A stretch of 64,000 bases of DNA from positions 32,001-96,000 of the forward strand of contig JBCBUK010000010.1 in NCBI GenBank assembly GCA_039818205.1. The letters run 5' to 3'. A model generated the notes under the pieces. That model did not search any database and was not told where the DNA came from. It saw nothing but the letters and a program-made list of their open reading frames with translations. Shown piece after piece: positions 31,403-42,688 of the stretch (the stretch's first letter is position 1; each line of letters opens with the position of its first letter). Both the position numbers and the translations under genes were made by a program. The stretch is from Verrucomicrobiota bacterium (lineage in GTDB: Bacteria; Verrucomicrobiota; Verrucomicrobiia; Opitutales; Cerasicoccaceae).

Positions 31403-32549
31403 ATGCAAATCGAACCCGAAGTCCGCTCCCAGATCGAAGAAATCACCCGCCGCGCCGGTCATTTGTGGAGGTATCTTTGACGTCCCAGCGAGGCAAAAAC
31501 GCATCGCTGAGCTCGAGGAGCAGATGAGCGCGGCTAGCTTTTGGGATGACCAGAAGGCCGCGCAGGTCGTCATTGGCGAAAGCAACCAATGTAAACGAGC
31601 GATCGAGCCAATCATGCGCTTCCAGCCCAAGGTTGACGATCTGAACGCTTTGGTGGAGTTGGTTGAAGAGTCTGACGAAGCCGATGGCGCCGAATTTGTC
31701 GGCGAAATAACGGCTAGTACGAAGGAGCTCCTCTCCCAGATTGATGATCTCGAGATCCAATCCTTCCTCAGCGATCCGATGGATGGCAACAACGCCATTT
31801 TGTCCATCCAGGCTGGTGCTGGTGGGACCGAGAGCTGCGACTGGGCTGACATGCTATACCGCATGTATACGCGCTGGGCCGAGCGCCGGGGTTTCAAAAT
31901 TGAGGTCCTCGACCTTCAACAGGGCGAAGAGGCCGGGATATCCAGCGCGAGTTTGAAACTCGAAGGTCCCAACGCCTTTGGTTACGCGAAGGCTGAGCGG
32001 GGTGTCCACCGCCTTGTGCGAATTAGCCCGTTCGATTCAAATAGTCGCCGCCATACCTCGTTTTCCGCGGTCGATGTGGTTGCGGAGGTTGATGATGACG
32101 TGGATATCGAGATCCCGCCGGACGAAATCCGTATCGATACCCAGCGCGCCAGTGGTGCAGGCGGTCAGCACGTCAACAAGACCGAGTCCGCGATTCGTAT
32201 CACCCACTTGCCAACAAACATCGTTGTCTACTGCCAAACCCAGCGTTCTCAGCACAAGAACAAGGATCAGGCCATGCGTCAGCTCAAGTCGCGCCTCTAC
32301 GAAAAGGCCCTCGATGAGAAACGCTCCGAGATGGAGAAGTTCTACAGTGAGAAGGGCGAGATCGGTTGGGGAAACCAGATTCGCAGCTATGTCTTTCAAC
32401 CTTACCAGATGGTCAAGGATCTACGCACCGGCGTAGAAACGGGCAACGTCCAGGCGGTCATGGATGGCGACCTCGATGCCTTTGTAAACGGTTGGCTTCG
32501 CGCCGGGTGCCCTCGCCACCGCAATAAGGACGTCCAGCTCGACGACTAG
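31403..32549 (+). CDS. prfB: peptide chain release factor 2 with programmed +1 frameshift
   Basis: ATG 31403 gives [25 protein letters not shown], then CTT TGA C (31475-31481); the +1 frame carries SPF and GGQ. Confidence 0.97.
31467..31481 (+). promoter_or_regulatory. prfB +1 frameshift cassette
   Basis: GGAGG-tat-CTT-TGA-C: internal SD plus slippery site. Confidence 0.95.
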
Positions 32550-33139
32550 ACCGCGCGGAATCGCGTTTCGACGAAGTGTTGCAATTCGGGGAAAAAGGCG
32601 AGGAAGTCTTCCTCGATTTGCCCGTGTTTGGCGACGAGTGCCGGCAAGTATTGCTGCGTGGATTCGCGTTGGCGAACGCGCTCGGAGAGCCGGGCGTCAA
32701 CGCGCTCCATCGCGCTTTCCACCCCACTGATGGGCTCATAGCGGCCCAGGCGATTAGACTTGATGATACCTGCGACGAATTGGCCTGCCTCGGTTGGCAT
32801 CTTATCGATATGAGGCTGCGCCTGGTCATAAAACTGGTTGAGGAAACTCGCCAAGCTTTGCTGTGAATAGCGCTGTCAGTTGCGGGAGAGCATGTGGTCG
32901 TAAGCCAAGTCGACCACCACACCTCGCAAATGTCCGACATCACCCAAGCTGCGAACACTGTTCTTCCAGCAAGGGTGGCTATCGGTAAAGGAATCAATGG
33001 CTTGATGAAGCTGAATGCCAGCGCGCATGCCCTCGCTCATGTCATCCCACGTGCGGCCTTTTAACAAGTCCGCGAGCAGGTTGCCCAACTGATTCTCAAT
33101 GTTGGGTGGAGAAAGAAAAATGTGCGCCAGCCAATTCAT
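32546..33139 (-). pseudogene. acpH: ACP phosphodiesterase (AcpH/DUF479) interrupted by one in-frame TGA
   Basis: MNWLAHIFLS...GNLLADLLKG...GIQLHQAIDSFTDSHP...DLAYDHMLSRN*QRYSQQSL...IEEDFLAFFPEL. Both track ORFs are in the same frame; TGA at 32876-32878. Confidence 0.8.
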
Positions 33140-33834
33140 TATCCTGCGGTGTGCTGGAAGTAGAGCTCTTCATAGGGCTGAACCACCACGAATCCGGTAC
33201 CGGCAAATTCCATTTGGAAGGACTCGCCGCTGCCTCGGCCGATGAAGGTTTTAAACGAGACATCCTTGCGGAAGGTGGGCTCCAGATTGGCCGACCACGC
33301 CACCGTGGCATTCGGATCGGTTATCACTGGATTATTGGGGGTGACCTGCAGTGTGAGTGGTTCAAAATGCGTCGCAAACGCAATCATTCCCTGACCTTGA
33401 AGGCGGACATTGAAGAGACCGCCCGATAGCATGGCGCTGACTTTCCGCATCATTTTGATCTTGTTGTCGATCTGCATCTCAAACGCCAGGATGTCGTTTC
33501 CGTTCACGCAGATGGCTTCGTTTTGGAGATTCAGGACTTTGACCTTCTTGCCGCTGTCGGCGAGATAGAGCTGGCCGGTGCCTTCCGCTTTCGTCAGCTG
33601 AGCACCCTCGCCGCTAACGGCCTTTTTGAGTAGGTTTCCCACGCCTTGGGCCAGGATGCCTTCTCGGGTGAACTTTATCTGTCCGTTGTAGGCGACCATG
33701 GCACCCTTCTTCATCCAGATGGAGCCATTGAGGTTTACCTCAAGAAAACGATCGGTTTCCAATTCGAAGATGCCTTGGCCGCGATCGCGTTGTTGTGTTT
33801 TGTCGAGAAACTCTGTGAGTGAATAGCTTTGCAT
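33139..33834 (-). CDS. AIM24 (DUF124) family protein
   Basis: KKGAMVAYNG, GEGAQLTKAEGTGQLYLAD, GRGSGESFQMEFAGTGFVVVQPYE. Confidence 0.85.
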   Translation of the reverse strand: MQSYSLTEFLDKTQQRDRGQGIFELETDRFLEVNLNGSIWMKKGAMVAYNGQIKFTREGILAQGVGNLLKKAVSGEGAQLTKAEGTGQLYLADSGKKVKVLNLQNEAICVNGNDILAFEMQIDNKIKMMRKVSAMLSGGLFNVRLQGQGMIAFATHFEPLTLQVTPNNPVITDPNATVAWSANLEPTFRKDVSFKTFIGRGSGESFQMEFAGTGFVVVQPYEELYFQHTAG

Positions 33835-33914
33835 AATGTTTCGGTGGTTGGAGATTTTGACGAGTGGTTCGGGTTGTTTGGCCAGCACGCTTGTGGTCCA
33901 GCCAGTGTATGGAT

Positions 33915-34031
33915 TTACAGGAATAGATTGAGTTTGGGGATTGCGACGCCCGCTCCGCCCAGGAGGTTAAGAACGATGCCAGCACAAACAATCATCGCGC
34001 ACATCCCAATGATGCCGTCAGCGGATTCCAT
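33915..34031 (-). CDS. possible 38-aa hydrophobic small protein (not in track)
   Basis: MESADGIIGMCAMIVCAGIVLNLLGGAGVAIPKLNLFL*, co-directional with its neighbours. Confidence 0.3.
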   Translation of the reverse strand: MESADGIIGMCAMIVCAGIVLNLLGGAGVAIPKLNLFL

Positions 34032-34173
34032 AGCTTAGTTGAGGTTGTTTTTGGCCGGGCCCTAGTGTCTTGTGATGGGCGGTATCACTTGAGGCATCGA
34101 TCATCACAAGACATTGTGAAAGCTCAACGCCATTTTGGTAAAATTTCCGCCGCAATCGCCGGAAGCGCCTTAT

Positions 34174-34569
34174 CTAACCGCCTACTCGCACAACTCGGTA
34201 GCCCTTGGCCGTCAGCTCCGGTTCTACCGCGTCGCGCACATCACCTTGCAATTCCACGGTCTTGCCTTGGACTTTTCCCCCACAGCCGAGGCGGGTTTTG
34301 AAGTGCTTGAGCATCGCATCGAGCTCCTGCGGCCCGGTGTGGTTCATGCCTTCACCGGAAAGAATGGTCACGACTTTGCCGCCACGGCCACCCTTCTGCC
34401 GCATCAGGTCAACCCGCCCGCGCTTCTTAGGCTTCGCGGCCTTGCCTTGGGCTTGGGCTTTGGGTTTGGGTGCTGGCGTGGATTGTTGGGGAAGCCCTTC
34501 GCCAGTGAGGCTGGCAAAGGGATTGGCAGCGAGGTCGTCGCCACCTTCGGTCGAAATGCGCTTTTTCAT
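34174..34569 (-). CDS. yciH: SUI1/YciH translation initiation factor
   Basis: KGGRGGKVVT, KTRLGCGGKV, VELQGDVRD. Confidence 0.9.
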   Translation of the reverse strand: MKKRISTEGGDDLAANPFASLTGEGLPQQSTPAPKPKAQAQGKAAKPKKRGRVDLMRQKGGRGGKVVTILSGEGMNHTGPQELDAMLKHFKTRLGCGGKVQGKTVELQGDVRDAVEPELTAKGYRVVRVGG

Positions 34570-34578
34570 GGCCAGATC

Positions 34579-34806
34579 CTATGATTTGCCCGAACAGCCG
34601 CCTGGCGGAATGCTCTCGGCCTCTCCCTTGAGAAATGCGAGTGCCTTGCCGTAACTGCGCCGCTCCAAAAAGTGCGCCAAACGCGCCGGAAGCTCCGAGG
34701 CGTGCGCTTCGTGAAAGGCATCAAGCTCCCGAATCACCTCGCCCAAGGGACGATCTCGGCTCTCCAAGGATTCGAGATTCTTACGTAGTTGATTAAAATC
34801 GCTCAT
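34579..34806 (-). CDS. small hypothetical protein
   Basis: 75-aa helical ORF ending 9 bp before yciH, same strand. Confidence 0.65.
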   Translation of the reverse strand: MSDFNQLRKNLESLESRDRPLGEVIRELDAFHEAHASELPARLAHFLERRSYGKALAFLKGEAESIPPGGCSGKS

Positions 34807-34970
34807 GTCGTTGGTCGTCTAAGCTTGCGGAAAATCACTAAGAAGTCTATTTCAAGACGTTACAAAATAAAAATTTGTCGCGAAGCTCGAGTTTAATTTT
34901 TCGATTTTAGCAATTTTTGAACGGGCCGACATTTTTTGCGCACTTTGATTTTAGACAGATTCCCAAAGCC

Positions 34971-37730
34971 ATGAAGAACCTCGGCATCGCGAACCGTTGG
35001 AACGCAGACTTGATCGACCAGAATTACGAGCAGTGGCTCGATAATCCGGATGCATTGGATGATCATTGGCGCGCCTTTTTTGAAGGATTTGAGCTCGCCC
35101 AGCAGCTGGCGGACGATGGTGACGGCGCGGCTCCGAGCAGACCAAGCGCGGCGGGCGCAGGTACCGATGCCATTGTGCAGTCCCGCGTGATTGGGGCCAT
35201 TTACGCCTACCGTTCAATTGGTCACACCCAGGCGGCCTACAACCCGCTGCAGCCCAGACCCGTCCCCAACCCGCGAATGACGCTGGAGCGCCTTGGTTTG
35301 GATTCGGTTGGGTCCGATGATCAATATCATACTGGCAATTATTTGGGCGGTGTATTTATGGATGTACCGACGCTCTTGCAGCGCCTGGACGATACCTACT
35401 GCGGACACATCGGCTGTGAGTATATCCACATTCAAGAGACGCCCAAGCGCCGGTGGATCCAGGCCGCGATTGAGCCTGAATGCTTTGTTCCACGATTCAA
35501 TCGTAACGAGAAACTGCGGATTTTGAACAAGATCATGCAGGCGGAATCGTTTGAGCGCTTCCTGCACACCCGCTATGTGGGTCAAAAGCGTTTCTCGCTC
35601 GAAGGCGGTGAAACGTTTATCGCGGCGCTTGACCTGCTGATCGAGGATTGCCCGTCCAATGGCGTCGAAGAGATTGTCATGGGTATGGCCCATCGCGGTC
35701 GCCTCAACGTGCTGGCGAACATCCTGGGTAAGTCCTATCGGTTCCTCTTTCGCGAGTTTTCCGAGAACTATATTCCCGAATCGATCCACGGTGATGGCGA
35801 TGTGAAATACCACCTTGGTTACGAGTCGACCGTAAAGACCTCTTCTGGGGCGGAGATCGAGTTGCGCTTGGCTGCAAATCCAAGCCACCTGGAAGCTGTG
35901 GACCCAGTCGTGCAGGGAAAAGCCCGGGCCCGCCAACGTATCCGGGGTGACCTGGAGCGTCGCCGAGTGTTGCCGCTATTAATTCACGGTGACGCTGCTT
36001 TCGCAGGCCAAGGGGTGGTAGCGGAGACTCTCAATCTCGCCAAGTTGAAGGGATATCGCACAGGCGGGACGATTCATGTGGTGATCAACAACCAGATCGG
36101 ATTCACCACCGATCCGCGGGACTCACGTTCGAGCCGCTACTGCACCGACATCGCGAAGATGATCGATGTGCCGATTTTCCATGTCAATGGGGACGACCCG
36201 TTGGCCGTTTGCGAGGTCATGCGCCTTGCTGCCCGCTATCGCCAAGAGTTCGGAGACGACGTCGTTATCGACATGTATTGTTACCGCCGCCATGGGCACA
36301 ACGAGAGCGATGAGCCGGGCTTTACCCAGCCGGATCTCTATCAGCGCCTGTCGAAGCATCCCGCGATCAGTGAGACGCTTAAGCAGCGCCTGATTCAGGA
36401 GAATGAAATCACAGAGAAGGATGCGGACCAACTCACCGAGGCCTATCAGAATGTTCTGAACGATGCCTTCCTCGACGTAAAAAAGGAGGAGGAGAAAAAC
36501 AAGGGTAATGGCTTGGCTTGCAAGCTGGAAGGCTCCGCTGCGGTCATCCAACCACCCTACAATTTTGATCCGGTAGCGACGGGCGTGGATGTTGATCCGT
36601 TGACGCATGTTGCTCGCCGCCTCACGGAGATCCCGGGCAACTTCACCGCAAATTCAAAGATTGCGCGTCAGCTCAAGCAGAAGTGGAAGAATTTCCAGAA
36701 GGGTTCGGGCATTGATTGGGCTTTTGCGGAGTCGATGGCTTTTGGGACGCTTTTGCTCGACGGTACGCCGGTTCGCTTGTCCGGTCAGGATTCCGAGCGC
36801 GGAACCTTCAGCCAGCGCCATACTGCATGGTATGACACGGACACCCGCGCGCGCTACGTTCCGCTGGTCAACCTGGATGCTAACCAGGCGACGTTCTGCG
36901 TTCATAACTCCAGTTTATCGGAGGCAGCGATCCTGGGTTTCGACTACGGTTACTCCATCGATTACCCGGACATGTTGGCGATTTGGGAAGCGCAGTTCGG
37001 CGACTTTGCCAATGGTGCGCAGGTACATTTCGACCAGTTCCTGGCTAGCAGCGAATCAAAGTGGGGTCGCGTCAGCGGCCTCGTCATGCTCTTGCCACAC
37101 GGATACGAAGGGCAGGGGCCTGAGCACTCAAGCGCTCGGCTGGAGCGATACTTGCAGGCCTGCGCGGAGAACAATATCCAGGTCGCGAACCTTACGACGC
37201 CCGCGCAGTATTTCCATATCTTGCGCCGCCAGAAGATGCGCCCATTTCAAAAGCCATTGGTGATTATGGCACCGAAGAGTCTACTGCGCCATAAGCAATG
37301 TGTCTCCGACACCGAGGAGCTCATTAGTGGCCGCTTCCACGAAATTTTGGACGATACCGCAGCGCCGAAGAAGGCAAAGCGCGTTATCTTGTGCACTGGT
37401 AAAGTCTACTATGACCTCCTTGCCTACCGCAATGATAACGACATTAAGGACGCCGCGATTGTGCGCGTCGAGCAGTTGTATCCAGTCAATGAAACCGTGC
37501 TTGCGGATACGCTCAAGCAATATGGCAGCGCCGAAACATTCGTCTGGTGCCAGGAAGAACCACAAAACATGGGCTCTTGGAATTTCATCTATCATTACCT
37601 GAAGGCGGCGACTGGAGTGGATCCAATTTTCGCCGGCCGTTACGCAGCTGCCAGCCCGGCACCGGGCTCATTGGCAATTCACAAGATCGAGCAACAAGCG
37701 CTTGTTGAGGAGGCGTTCAACAAAGCGTAG
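34971..37730 (+). CDS. sucA: 2-oxoglutarate dehydrogenase E1
   Basis: [58 protein letters not shown]. Confidence 0.98.
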   Translation: MKNLGIANRWNADLIDQNYEQWLDNPDALDDHWRAFFEGFELAQQLADDGDGAAPSRPSAAGAGTDAIVQSRVIGAIYAYRSIGHTQAAYNPLQPRPVPNPRMTLERLGLDSVGSDDQYHTGNYLGGVFMDVPTLLQRLDDTYCGHIGCEYIHIQETPKRRWIQAAIEPECFVPRFNRNEKLRILNKIMQAESFERFLHTRYVGQKRFSLEGGETFIAALDLLIEDCPSNGVEEIVMGMAHRGRLNVLANILGKSYRFLFREFSENYIPESIHGDGDVKYHLGYESTVKTSSGAEIELRLAANPSHLEAVDPVVQGKARARQRIRGDLERRRVLPLLIHGDAAFAGQGVVAETLNLAKLKGYRTGGTIHVVINNQIGFTTDPRDSRSSRYCTDIAKMIDVPIFHVNGDDPLAVCEVMRLAARYRQEFGDDVVIDMYCYRRHGHNESDEPGFTQPDLYQRLSKHPAISETLKQRLIQENEITEKDADQLTEAYQNVLNDAFLDVKKEEEKNKGNGLACKLEGSAAVIQPPYNFDPVATGVDVDPLTHVARRLTEIPGNFTANSKIARQLKQKWKNFQKGSGIDWAFAESMAFGTLLLDGTPVRLSGQDSERGTFSQRHTAWYDTDTRARYVPLVNLDANQATFCVHNSSLSEAAILGFDYGYSIDYPDMLAIWEAQFGDFANGAQVHFDQFLASSESKWGRVSGLVMLLPHGYEGQGPEHSSARLERYLQACAENNIQVANLTTPAQYFHILRRQKMRPFQKPLVIMAPKSLLRHKQCVSDTEELISGRFHEILDDTAAPKKAKRVILCTGKVYYDLLAYRNDNDIKDAAIVRVEQLYPVNETVLADTLKQYGSAETFVWCQEEPQNMGSWNFIYHYLKAATGVDPIFAGRYAAASPAPGSLAIHKIEQQALVEEAFNKA

Positions 37731-37755
37731 CCGATTCTAGTGGAAGGAAATCCTT

Positions 37756-37783
37756 TGAGCGAAAGTGAGAGATCCTTCGCTCA
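37756..37783. repeat. intergenic stem-loop between sucA and sucB
   Basis: TGAGCGAA (37756-63) / TTCGCTCA (37776-83), 8-bp inverted repeat. Confidence 0.45.
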
Positions 37784-37849
37784 GAACGACTCCATTTTTA
37801 TCCCTGATTCACGTCACCATTTTAATACCTAGAATTTCGCATATATATC

Positions 37850-39067
37850 ATGGCTGTTGATGTAAAAATCCCCGCGCTTGGTGAGTCGATCACCACCGGT
37901 ATCTTGGCCGCCTGGCACGTTAAGGAAGGCGACTACGTTAAGAAAGAGCAGGTGCTGTTTGAACTGGAGACCGACAAGATCACGTCGGAGGGCTTGGCCG
38001 AGGCCGAAGGTGCGGTCAGTTTGAAAGTCGAGGAAGGAGACGAAGTCGAGATCGGGCAGGTAGTCGCCGTGATCGATGATTCTGCGGCACCCGCTGCGCC
38101 CGCATCGGCACCTGAGCCTGCTGCCGCCGAAGCCGCCACGCCCGCTCCGGCTGCGCCAGTGGCATCCGAGAAGCCAGCTCCAGCTGATGCTCAATCGCCG
38201 GCGGTTCGCCGCCTCGCCTCGGAGTCCGGCATCGACCCAACCACGGTTGACGGTTCTGGTAAAGGCGGCCGTGTAACCAAGGGTGACATGCTTTCCGCGA
38301 TCGAGAAGGGCACGACTCCGGCACCCGCTCCGGTGGCAACGGCTGCTGCGGCTCAACCAGCCGCTGTCGACCGCACCACCCGTCGCAAGATGACTCCGCT
38401 CCGTCGCAAGATTGCCGAGCGTTTGGTTGCGGCAGCTAATGAGGCTGCGCTGCTCACGACTTTTAACGAGGTCGACATGAGTGCCATCATGAAGTTGCGT
38501 AAGCAGCACCAGGAAAAGTTTGTTGATAAGCATGGAGTGAAGCTCGGCTTCATGTCCTTCTTCGTAAAAGCGGTCGTCGATGCGCTCGAAGCCGTCCCCG
38601 AGCTCAACACGCAGCTGGACGGTGACCATATCATCCAAAATCACTTTTATGATGTCGGTGTTGCTGTAGGAACGGACAAGGGTCTGATGGTCCCCGTTGT
38701 GCGGGATTGCGATACTAAGGGATTCGCGGAGATCGAGAACGACATCATTGGCTACGCCAAGGCGGCCCGCGCGGGTAAAATCAAATTGGATGATCTGCAA
38801 GGCGGTGTCTTTACGATATCGAACGGCGGTATCTATGGCAGCATGCTCTCCACCCCGTTGCTGAACATGCCGCAAACGGGTATCCTTGGACTGCACAATA
38901 TCACCCAACGTGCGGTGGTGGTGAATGGCGAAATCGTCGCTCGCCCGATGATGTATCTGGCTCTTAGCTATGACCACCGCGTCGTCGATGGTAAAGAAGC
39001 AGTGACCTTCCTCGTCAAAGTTAAGGAGTCAATCGAAGATCCAACCAAACTGATGTTTGGAATCTAG
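37850..39067 (+). CDS. sucB: dihydrolipoyllysine succinyltransferase E2
   Basis: Lipoyl ETDK, Ala/Pro linker, E3-binding [21 protein letters not shown]. Confidence 0.98.
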   Translation: MAVDVKIPALGESITTGILAAWHVKEGDYVKKEQVLFELETDKITSEGLAEAEGAVSLKVEEGDEVEIGQVVAVIDDSAAPAAPASAPEPAAAEAATPAPAAPVASEKPAPADAQSPAVRRLASESGIDPTTVDGSGKGGRVTKGDMLSAIEKGTTPAPAPVATAAAAQPAAVDRTTRRKMTPLRRKIAERLVAAANEAALLTTFNEVDMSAIMKLRKQHQEKFVDKHGVKLGFMSFFVKAVVDALEAVPELNTQLDGDHIIQNHFYDVGVAVGTDKGLMVPVVRDCDTKGFAEIENDIIGYAKAARAGKIKLDDLQGGVFTISNGGIYGSMLSTPLLNMPQTGILGLHNITQRAVVVNGEIVARPMMYLALSYDHRVVDGKEAVTFLVKVKESIEDPTKLMFGI

Positions 39068-39107
39068 AAGCTTCACGAGAAACACAATTTCAAACCCTCT
39101 TTTTGTT

Positions 39108-40505
39108 ATGGCAGATTACGATTTACTGGTGATTGGATCGGGACCGGGTGGCTATGTTGCTGCGATCCGTGGTGCGCAACTTGGGATGAAAACCGCCTTG
39201 GTTGAAAAGGATTCCTACCTCGGCGGAACCTGTTTGAACGTTGGCTGCATTCCCAGCAAAGCGCTGTTGCACTCCACCGAAGTCTTCCACTTCCTCCACG
39301 AACGTGGTGAGGATCATGGCATCAAGACCGGGAAGTTGACGAGCGATATTCCAGCACTGATGAAGCGTAAAGACGGCGTTGTGCAGCAGCTGCGCAATGG
39401 TGTTACCCAGTTGATCAAGGCGCGCAAAATTGAAGTCCTTGAAGGGCTTGGCTCGCTGGCAGGTGAGGGCAAGGTCAACGTTGAGGGGCCCAAGGGAGGT
39501 CAAACCGTCACGGCCACAAATATCATTATTGCAACGGGTTCAGTTCCGATTGAGCTGCCGTTCATGAAGTTTGACGGTAAGGTTGTTGTTTCCAGCGACG
39601 AAGCCATCGCTTTTGAGAAAATTCCCAAGAAGTTGGTCGTCGTTGGTGGTGGCGCGATTGGCCTCGAGCTTGGCAGCGTATGGTCACGGCTCGGAAGCGA
39701 AGTCACCGTGGTGGAGATGCTGACGCAAATCGCTCCTACTTACGACAAGGATGTTTCCAAAATGGCTGAGCGCTTGTTCAAGAAGCAGGGTATTCAGTTT
39801 GAGTTGGGCACCCGCGTCACGGGCGTAGCAAAGGAGGGGCGTAAGTCATTCCTTACCGCTGAGAAAGGCGAAAAAGATCTGAAGTTTGAAGCAGATAAAA
39901 TCTTGGTGGCCGTTGGGCGCAAACCAACCACCGACGGCCTTAACGCGGCCGCTGCGGGCGTCGAGCTCGACGAGAAGGGACGCGTAAAGACGGACGAGCA
40001 TTTCCGTACATCAGCCCCAGGTATCTATGCGATTGGCGACGTTGTTGCCGGCCCAATGCTCGCACACAAGGCCGAGGAAGAGGGGGTTGCGTGCGTCGAG
40101 TTGATCGCTGGCAAAGGTGGTCATGTGAACTACGACGTCATTCCCAATGTTGTCTACACAGAACCAGAAATCGCCTCGGTCGGAATTGGCGAAGACATGG
40201 CCAAGGAACAAAAGATTGCGGTATCGGTTGGCAAGTTTCCGCTTGCTGCGAATGGCCGCGCGATCGCAGTGGATTCAACCGATGGCTTTGTAAAAGTTAT
40301 TTCGGACAAGACAACCGATCGTCTCTTGGGCGTGCAAATTATTGCTAAGGGGGCCAGCGAGCTTATTGCTTCAGCGGTAACGCACATGGAGTATGGTGGC
40401 AGTGCTGAAGACCTGGGCCGCACAATTCATGCTCACCCAACCATGAGCGAGTCCATGAAGGAAGCAGGTCTTGCCGCGAACAAATCGGCAATCCACGCCC
40501 TCTAG
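39108..40505 (+). CDS. lpdA: dihydrolipoyl dehydrogenase
   Basis: [32 protein letters not shown]. Confidence 0.98.
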   Translation: MADYDLLVIGSGPGGYVAAIRGAQLGMKTALVEKDSYLGGTCLNVGCIPSKALLHSTEVFHFLHERGEDHGIKTGKLTSDIPALMKRKDGVVQQLRNGVTQLIKARKIEVLEGLGSLAGEGKVNVEGPKGGQTVTATNIIIATGSVPIELPFMKFDGKVVVSSDEAIAFEKIPKKLVVVGGGAIGLELGSVWSRLGSEVTVVEMLTQIAPTYDKDVSKMAERLFKKQGIQFELGTRVTGVAKEGRKSFLTAEKGEKDLKFEADKILVAVGRKPTTDGLNAAAAGVELDEKGRVKTDEHFRTSAPGIYAIGDVVAGPMLAHKAEEEGVACVELIAGKGGHVNYDVIPNVVYTEPEIASVGIGEDMAKEQKIAVSVGKFPLAANGRAIAVDSTDGFVKVISDKTTDRLLGVQIIAKGASELIASAVTHMEYGGSAEDLGRTIHAHPTMSESMKEAGLAANKSAIHAL

Positions 40506-40506
40506 T

Positions 40507-41457
40507 TTATCTGCCTGCCTTCAGGCGTCGCAGACCAATTAATATCCAGTTCAGCGCCTCCGCACTCGTGGATGCGTTGAATAGGCGTTGATTCTCCTCG
40601 AGGCTGAGTCGATTCGACTCGCAAAGGCGCTTGATTACTGCGTTTGATTCTGATCCTAGCCTTCCGGCTGCTCGATGGAAATTATCCCAAATGCTTTCCA
40701 AATCAAGTGGTCTAAGATCAGAAGCTGGATCACGTAGCTCTTCGACATGGGTTACCGGATCTTGATAGCACTTAGCTAAATCCCCGTTCAGCTGAAAGTT
40801 GATTTGGCGGGGAATGCCTTCCAGTCTGTCGATCGCATACTCGGTAACGCCTCCAAACAGGCGAGAAAGATAGAGCGGTTTTTTAAGAGCGAGGCTCAAT
40901 AGAATCTCTTCTAGAACGCCCGGGGTCCGTCCCCATGGTGCCGATTGCAGGTTTCCCTCTATCATGTCCCGTCCGCCAAAAGCGATTCGGGCTGTAGATT
41001 CTTCAGTCATCTCGCGACGCATTACGCTAAGCGATACCGCCCGCTGGTAGGTTCCAAGGGCACCATCAGGAAGGTTGGGCGCGCTGGTATCAACGAGGTT
41101 CAGCACGCCCCTAATTTGGCGTTCGCGCCATTCCTCCAAGGGGTTCGCTGACCCATGGTATCGAAAGTTGTGAATTAGAGGATTCTTTCGTGCGTCCTCG
41201 TGGGCAAGAACGGCATCGTGAGCTTCAGCCATCTCATAGAGGGCTAGCATTACGCCATCGGCCCGCCAGTCATGACCGAAACAAACGGCGGCACCATGTG
41301 AGATTAATGTACGAGCGATCTCGAGGACCACCTCGTTCACTTGGTCTGCGCCGTAGCTCCATTTCGAAGGCTCGAGTGGGTTCGAAATGCCAACCGATAC
41401 GATCAGTCCGCCGAGGAGCGGGTCGGTATCGAAGTTTGATATCTGATCGAGACTCAT
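40507..41457 (-). CDS. SLOG-superfamily protein (LD_cluster2/3-like)
   Basis: VGIS...EIARTLISHGAAVCFGHDWR, SLSVMRREMTEESTARIAFGG, GRTPGVLEE, KKPLYL..FGG, LSLEENQRLF: pattern of TIR-associated SLOG domains. Confidence 0.75.
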   Translation of the reverse strand: MSLDQISNFDTDPLLGGLIVSVGISNPLEPSKWSYGADQVNEVVLEIARTLISHGAAVCFGHDWRADGVMLALYEMAEAHDAVLAHEDARKNPLIHNFRYHGSANPLEEWRERQIRGVLNLVDTSAPNLPDGALGTYQRAVSLSVMRREMTEESTARIAFGGRDMIEGNLQSAPWGRTPGVLEEILLSLALKKPLYLSRLFGGVTEYAIDRLEGIPRQINFQLNGDLAKCYQDPVTHVEELRDPASDLRPLDLESIWDNFHRAAGRLGSESNAVIKRLCESNRLSLEENQRLFNASTSAEALNWILIGLRRLKAGR

Positions 41458-42683
41458 GGCTGCAGCGAGGTTTGCATCACAATTTTCTGTGGAGTCGTGA
41501 GTATAATCGATCCTTGAAACGTATCAATCAAGCCTTTGACTGCTGGTGCAAAGACTCCGGTCAGTGGGGGATCTTGGTGGAGGATCATGTACCGATTGCC
41601 GCTGCCTGGTTGTAGGTCGCGAATCGCATAGGCAATCTGGCTCATTGAAGGTGGGTAAGGAATTACACTGCTCTGATTGAACTTCAGATTTGTTTGTTGC
41701 TGGTAGGCGTGAAAGAACCGTTCAAGTGCTAATCGCTTGATGTTTTCTCGGAACGCCGAAAACAATGCTCGAAACAAGTTGCCATCAGCCAGAGATACAG
41801 TGGGTGCACCGTCGTGGGTTAATCGGTCGGCGCCGCGCTCAAGTTGTTGCCGTATCTCAACGTTAACAAGGGGAACGCCATTGTCTCGAGCCCAGACAAA
41901 CTCTTGCCGACACCATGGGCGGGTGTCGTAGCCGTCAGTCCGAAGAACAACTATTGTTGAATCAGAAATGCCGCGTTTAATCTCGCTTCTCCAATCGTTG
42001 ACGCCCGCAAGATCTTTTGCGTCATACCAGGATGAGAATTCGGTTTGCCGATCGATCAATTGCTGCATTGCCCAAGCCAAGGGAAGTCCATCTTGTTTGG
42101 CATGGCTAAGAAATATCTGCAGCTTTCGACTCCGTCCAGAAGGTCCAGCGATCCCATGAAGCAATAGTCGTCGGGCTTGGCAGAGAGTGTATAGAGCAAA
42201 CCAGACTGTCCGTTCCTCGTTCTCCCCCCAGATGCAACTTCCTTGGCCATTGCTTCGTTTTTCGTCGAGATCTTCGCAACGGATATGTCCATCAATGACA
42301 TTGATGTATCGGGAGTTCAAATCACTCCGGATTTGTTTACCCATGGTCACGATGATTAGACCGTTGTCGGGATCTTTGAGGTTGGCAGCTAGCGGGTCCA
42401 ACCAATCTCGCTTCATCTGTTTGTTCGAATCCTCAGTTACAAAAACAACGAACAGCGAATGCATGGCCTTGTCGAGCAACGCTTGCTGGTCACATAGCGA
42501 GAGTGCTTGTGAGAGCTCCTGAACAGGAACGTCAAGTTTTTCTCCGCTGCGGAGGTAGGCATTTTCGGCAGAACGGTTTCCCTGGATGACATCTTTGATG
42601 CCGTCGAGAAACGGAGCGGCAGACAGGTCGCCGCTATCGCGCACCAGGAAAATTTGTAACGGTGGCCGGGCCAGTGGGTTCAT
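41454..42683 (-). CDS. TIR-domain protein (divergent N-terminal alpha/beta domain plus active-type TIR)
   Basis: IFLSHAKQDG...WYDAKDL...DWRSEI...VVLRTDGYDTRPWCRQE (catalytic Glu). ATG 42683 lies 5 bp after the upstream stop; ATGA overlap with the SLOG gene. Confidence 0.85.
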   Translation of the reverse strand: MNPLARPPLQIFLVRDSGDLSAAPFLDGIKDVIQGNRSAENAYLRSGEKLDVPVQELSQALSLCDQQALLDKAMHSLFVVFVTEDSNKQMKRDWLDPLAANLKDPDNGLIIVTMGKQIRSDLNSRYINVIDGHIRCEDLDEKRSNGQGSCIWGENEERTVWFALYTLCQARRLLLHGIAGPSGRSRKLQIFLSHAKQDGLPLAWAMQQLIDRQTEFSSWYDAKDLAGVNDWRSEIKRGISDSTIVVLRTDGYDTRPWCRQEFVWARDNGVPLVNVEIRQQLERGADRLTHDGAPTVSLADGNLFRALFSAFRENIKRLALERFFHAYQQQTNLKFNQSSVIPYPPSMSQIAYAIRDLQPGSGNRYMILHQDPPLTGVFAPAVKGLIDTFQGSIILTTPQKIVMQTSLQP

Positions 42684-42688
42684 TAGAC

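Noticed and set aside
32876..32878. Selenocysteine or genome-wide UGA=Trp recoding
   Set aside because: The position corresponds to Trp, not Cys. Many genes here end in TGA and an intact RF2 is encoded.
37829..38977. 382-aa minus-strand ORF
   Set aside because: Antisense shadow of sucB with no motifs; expected from codon bias.
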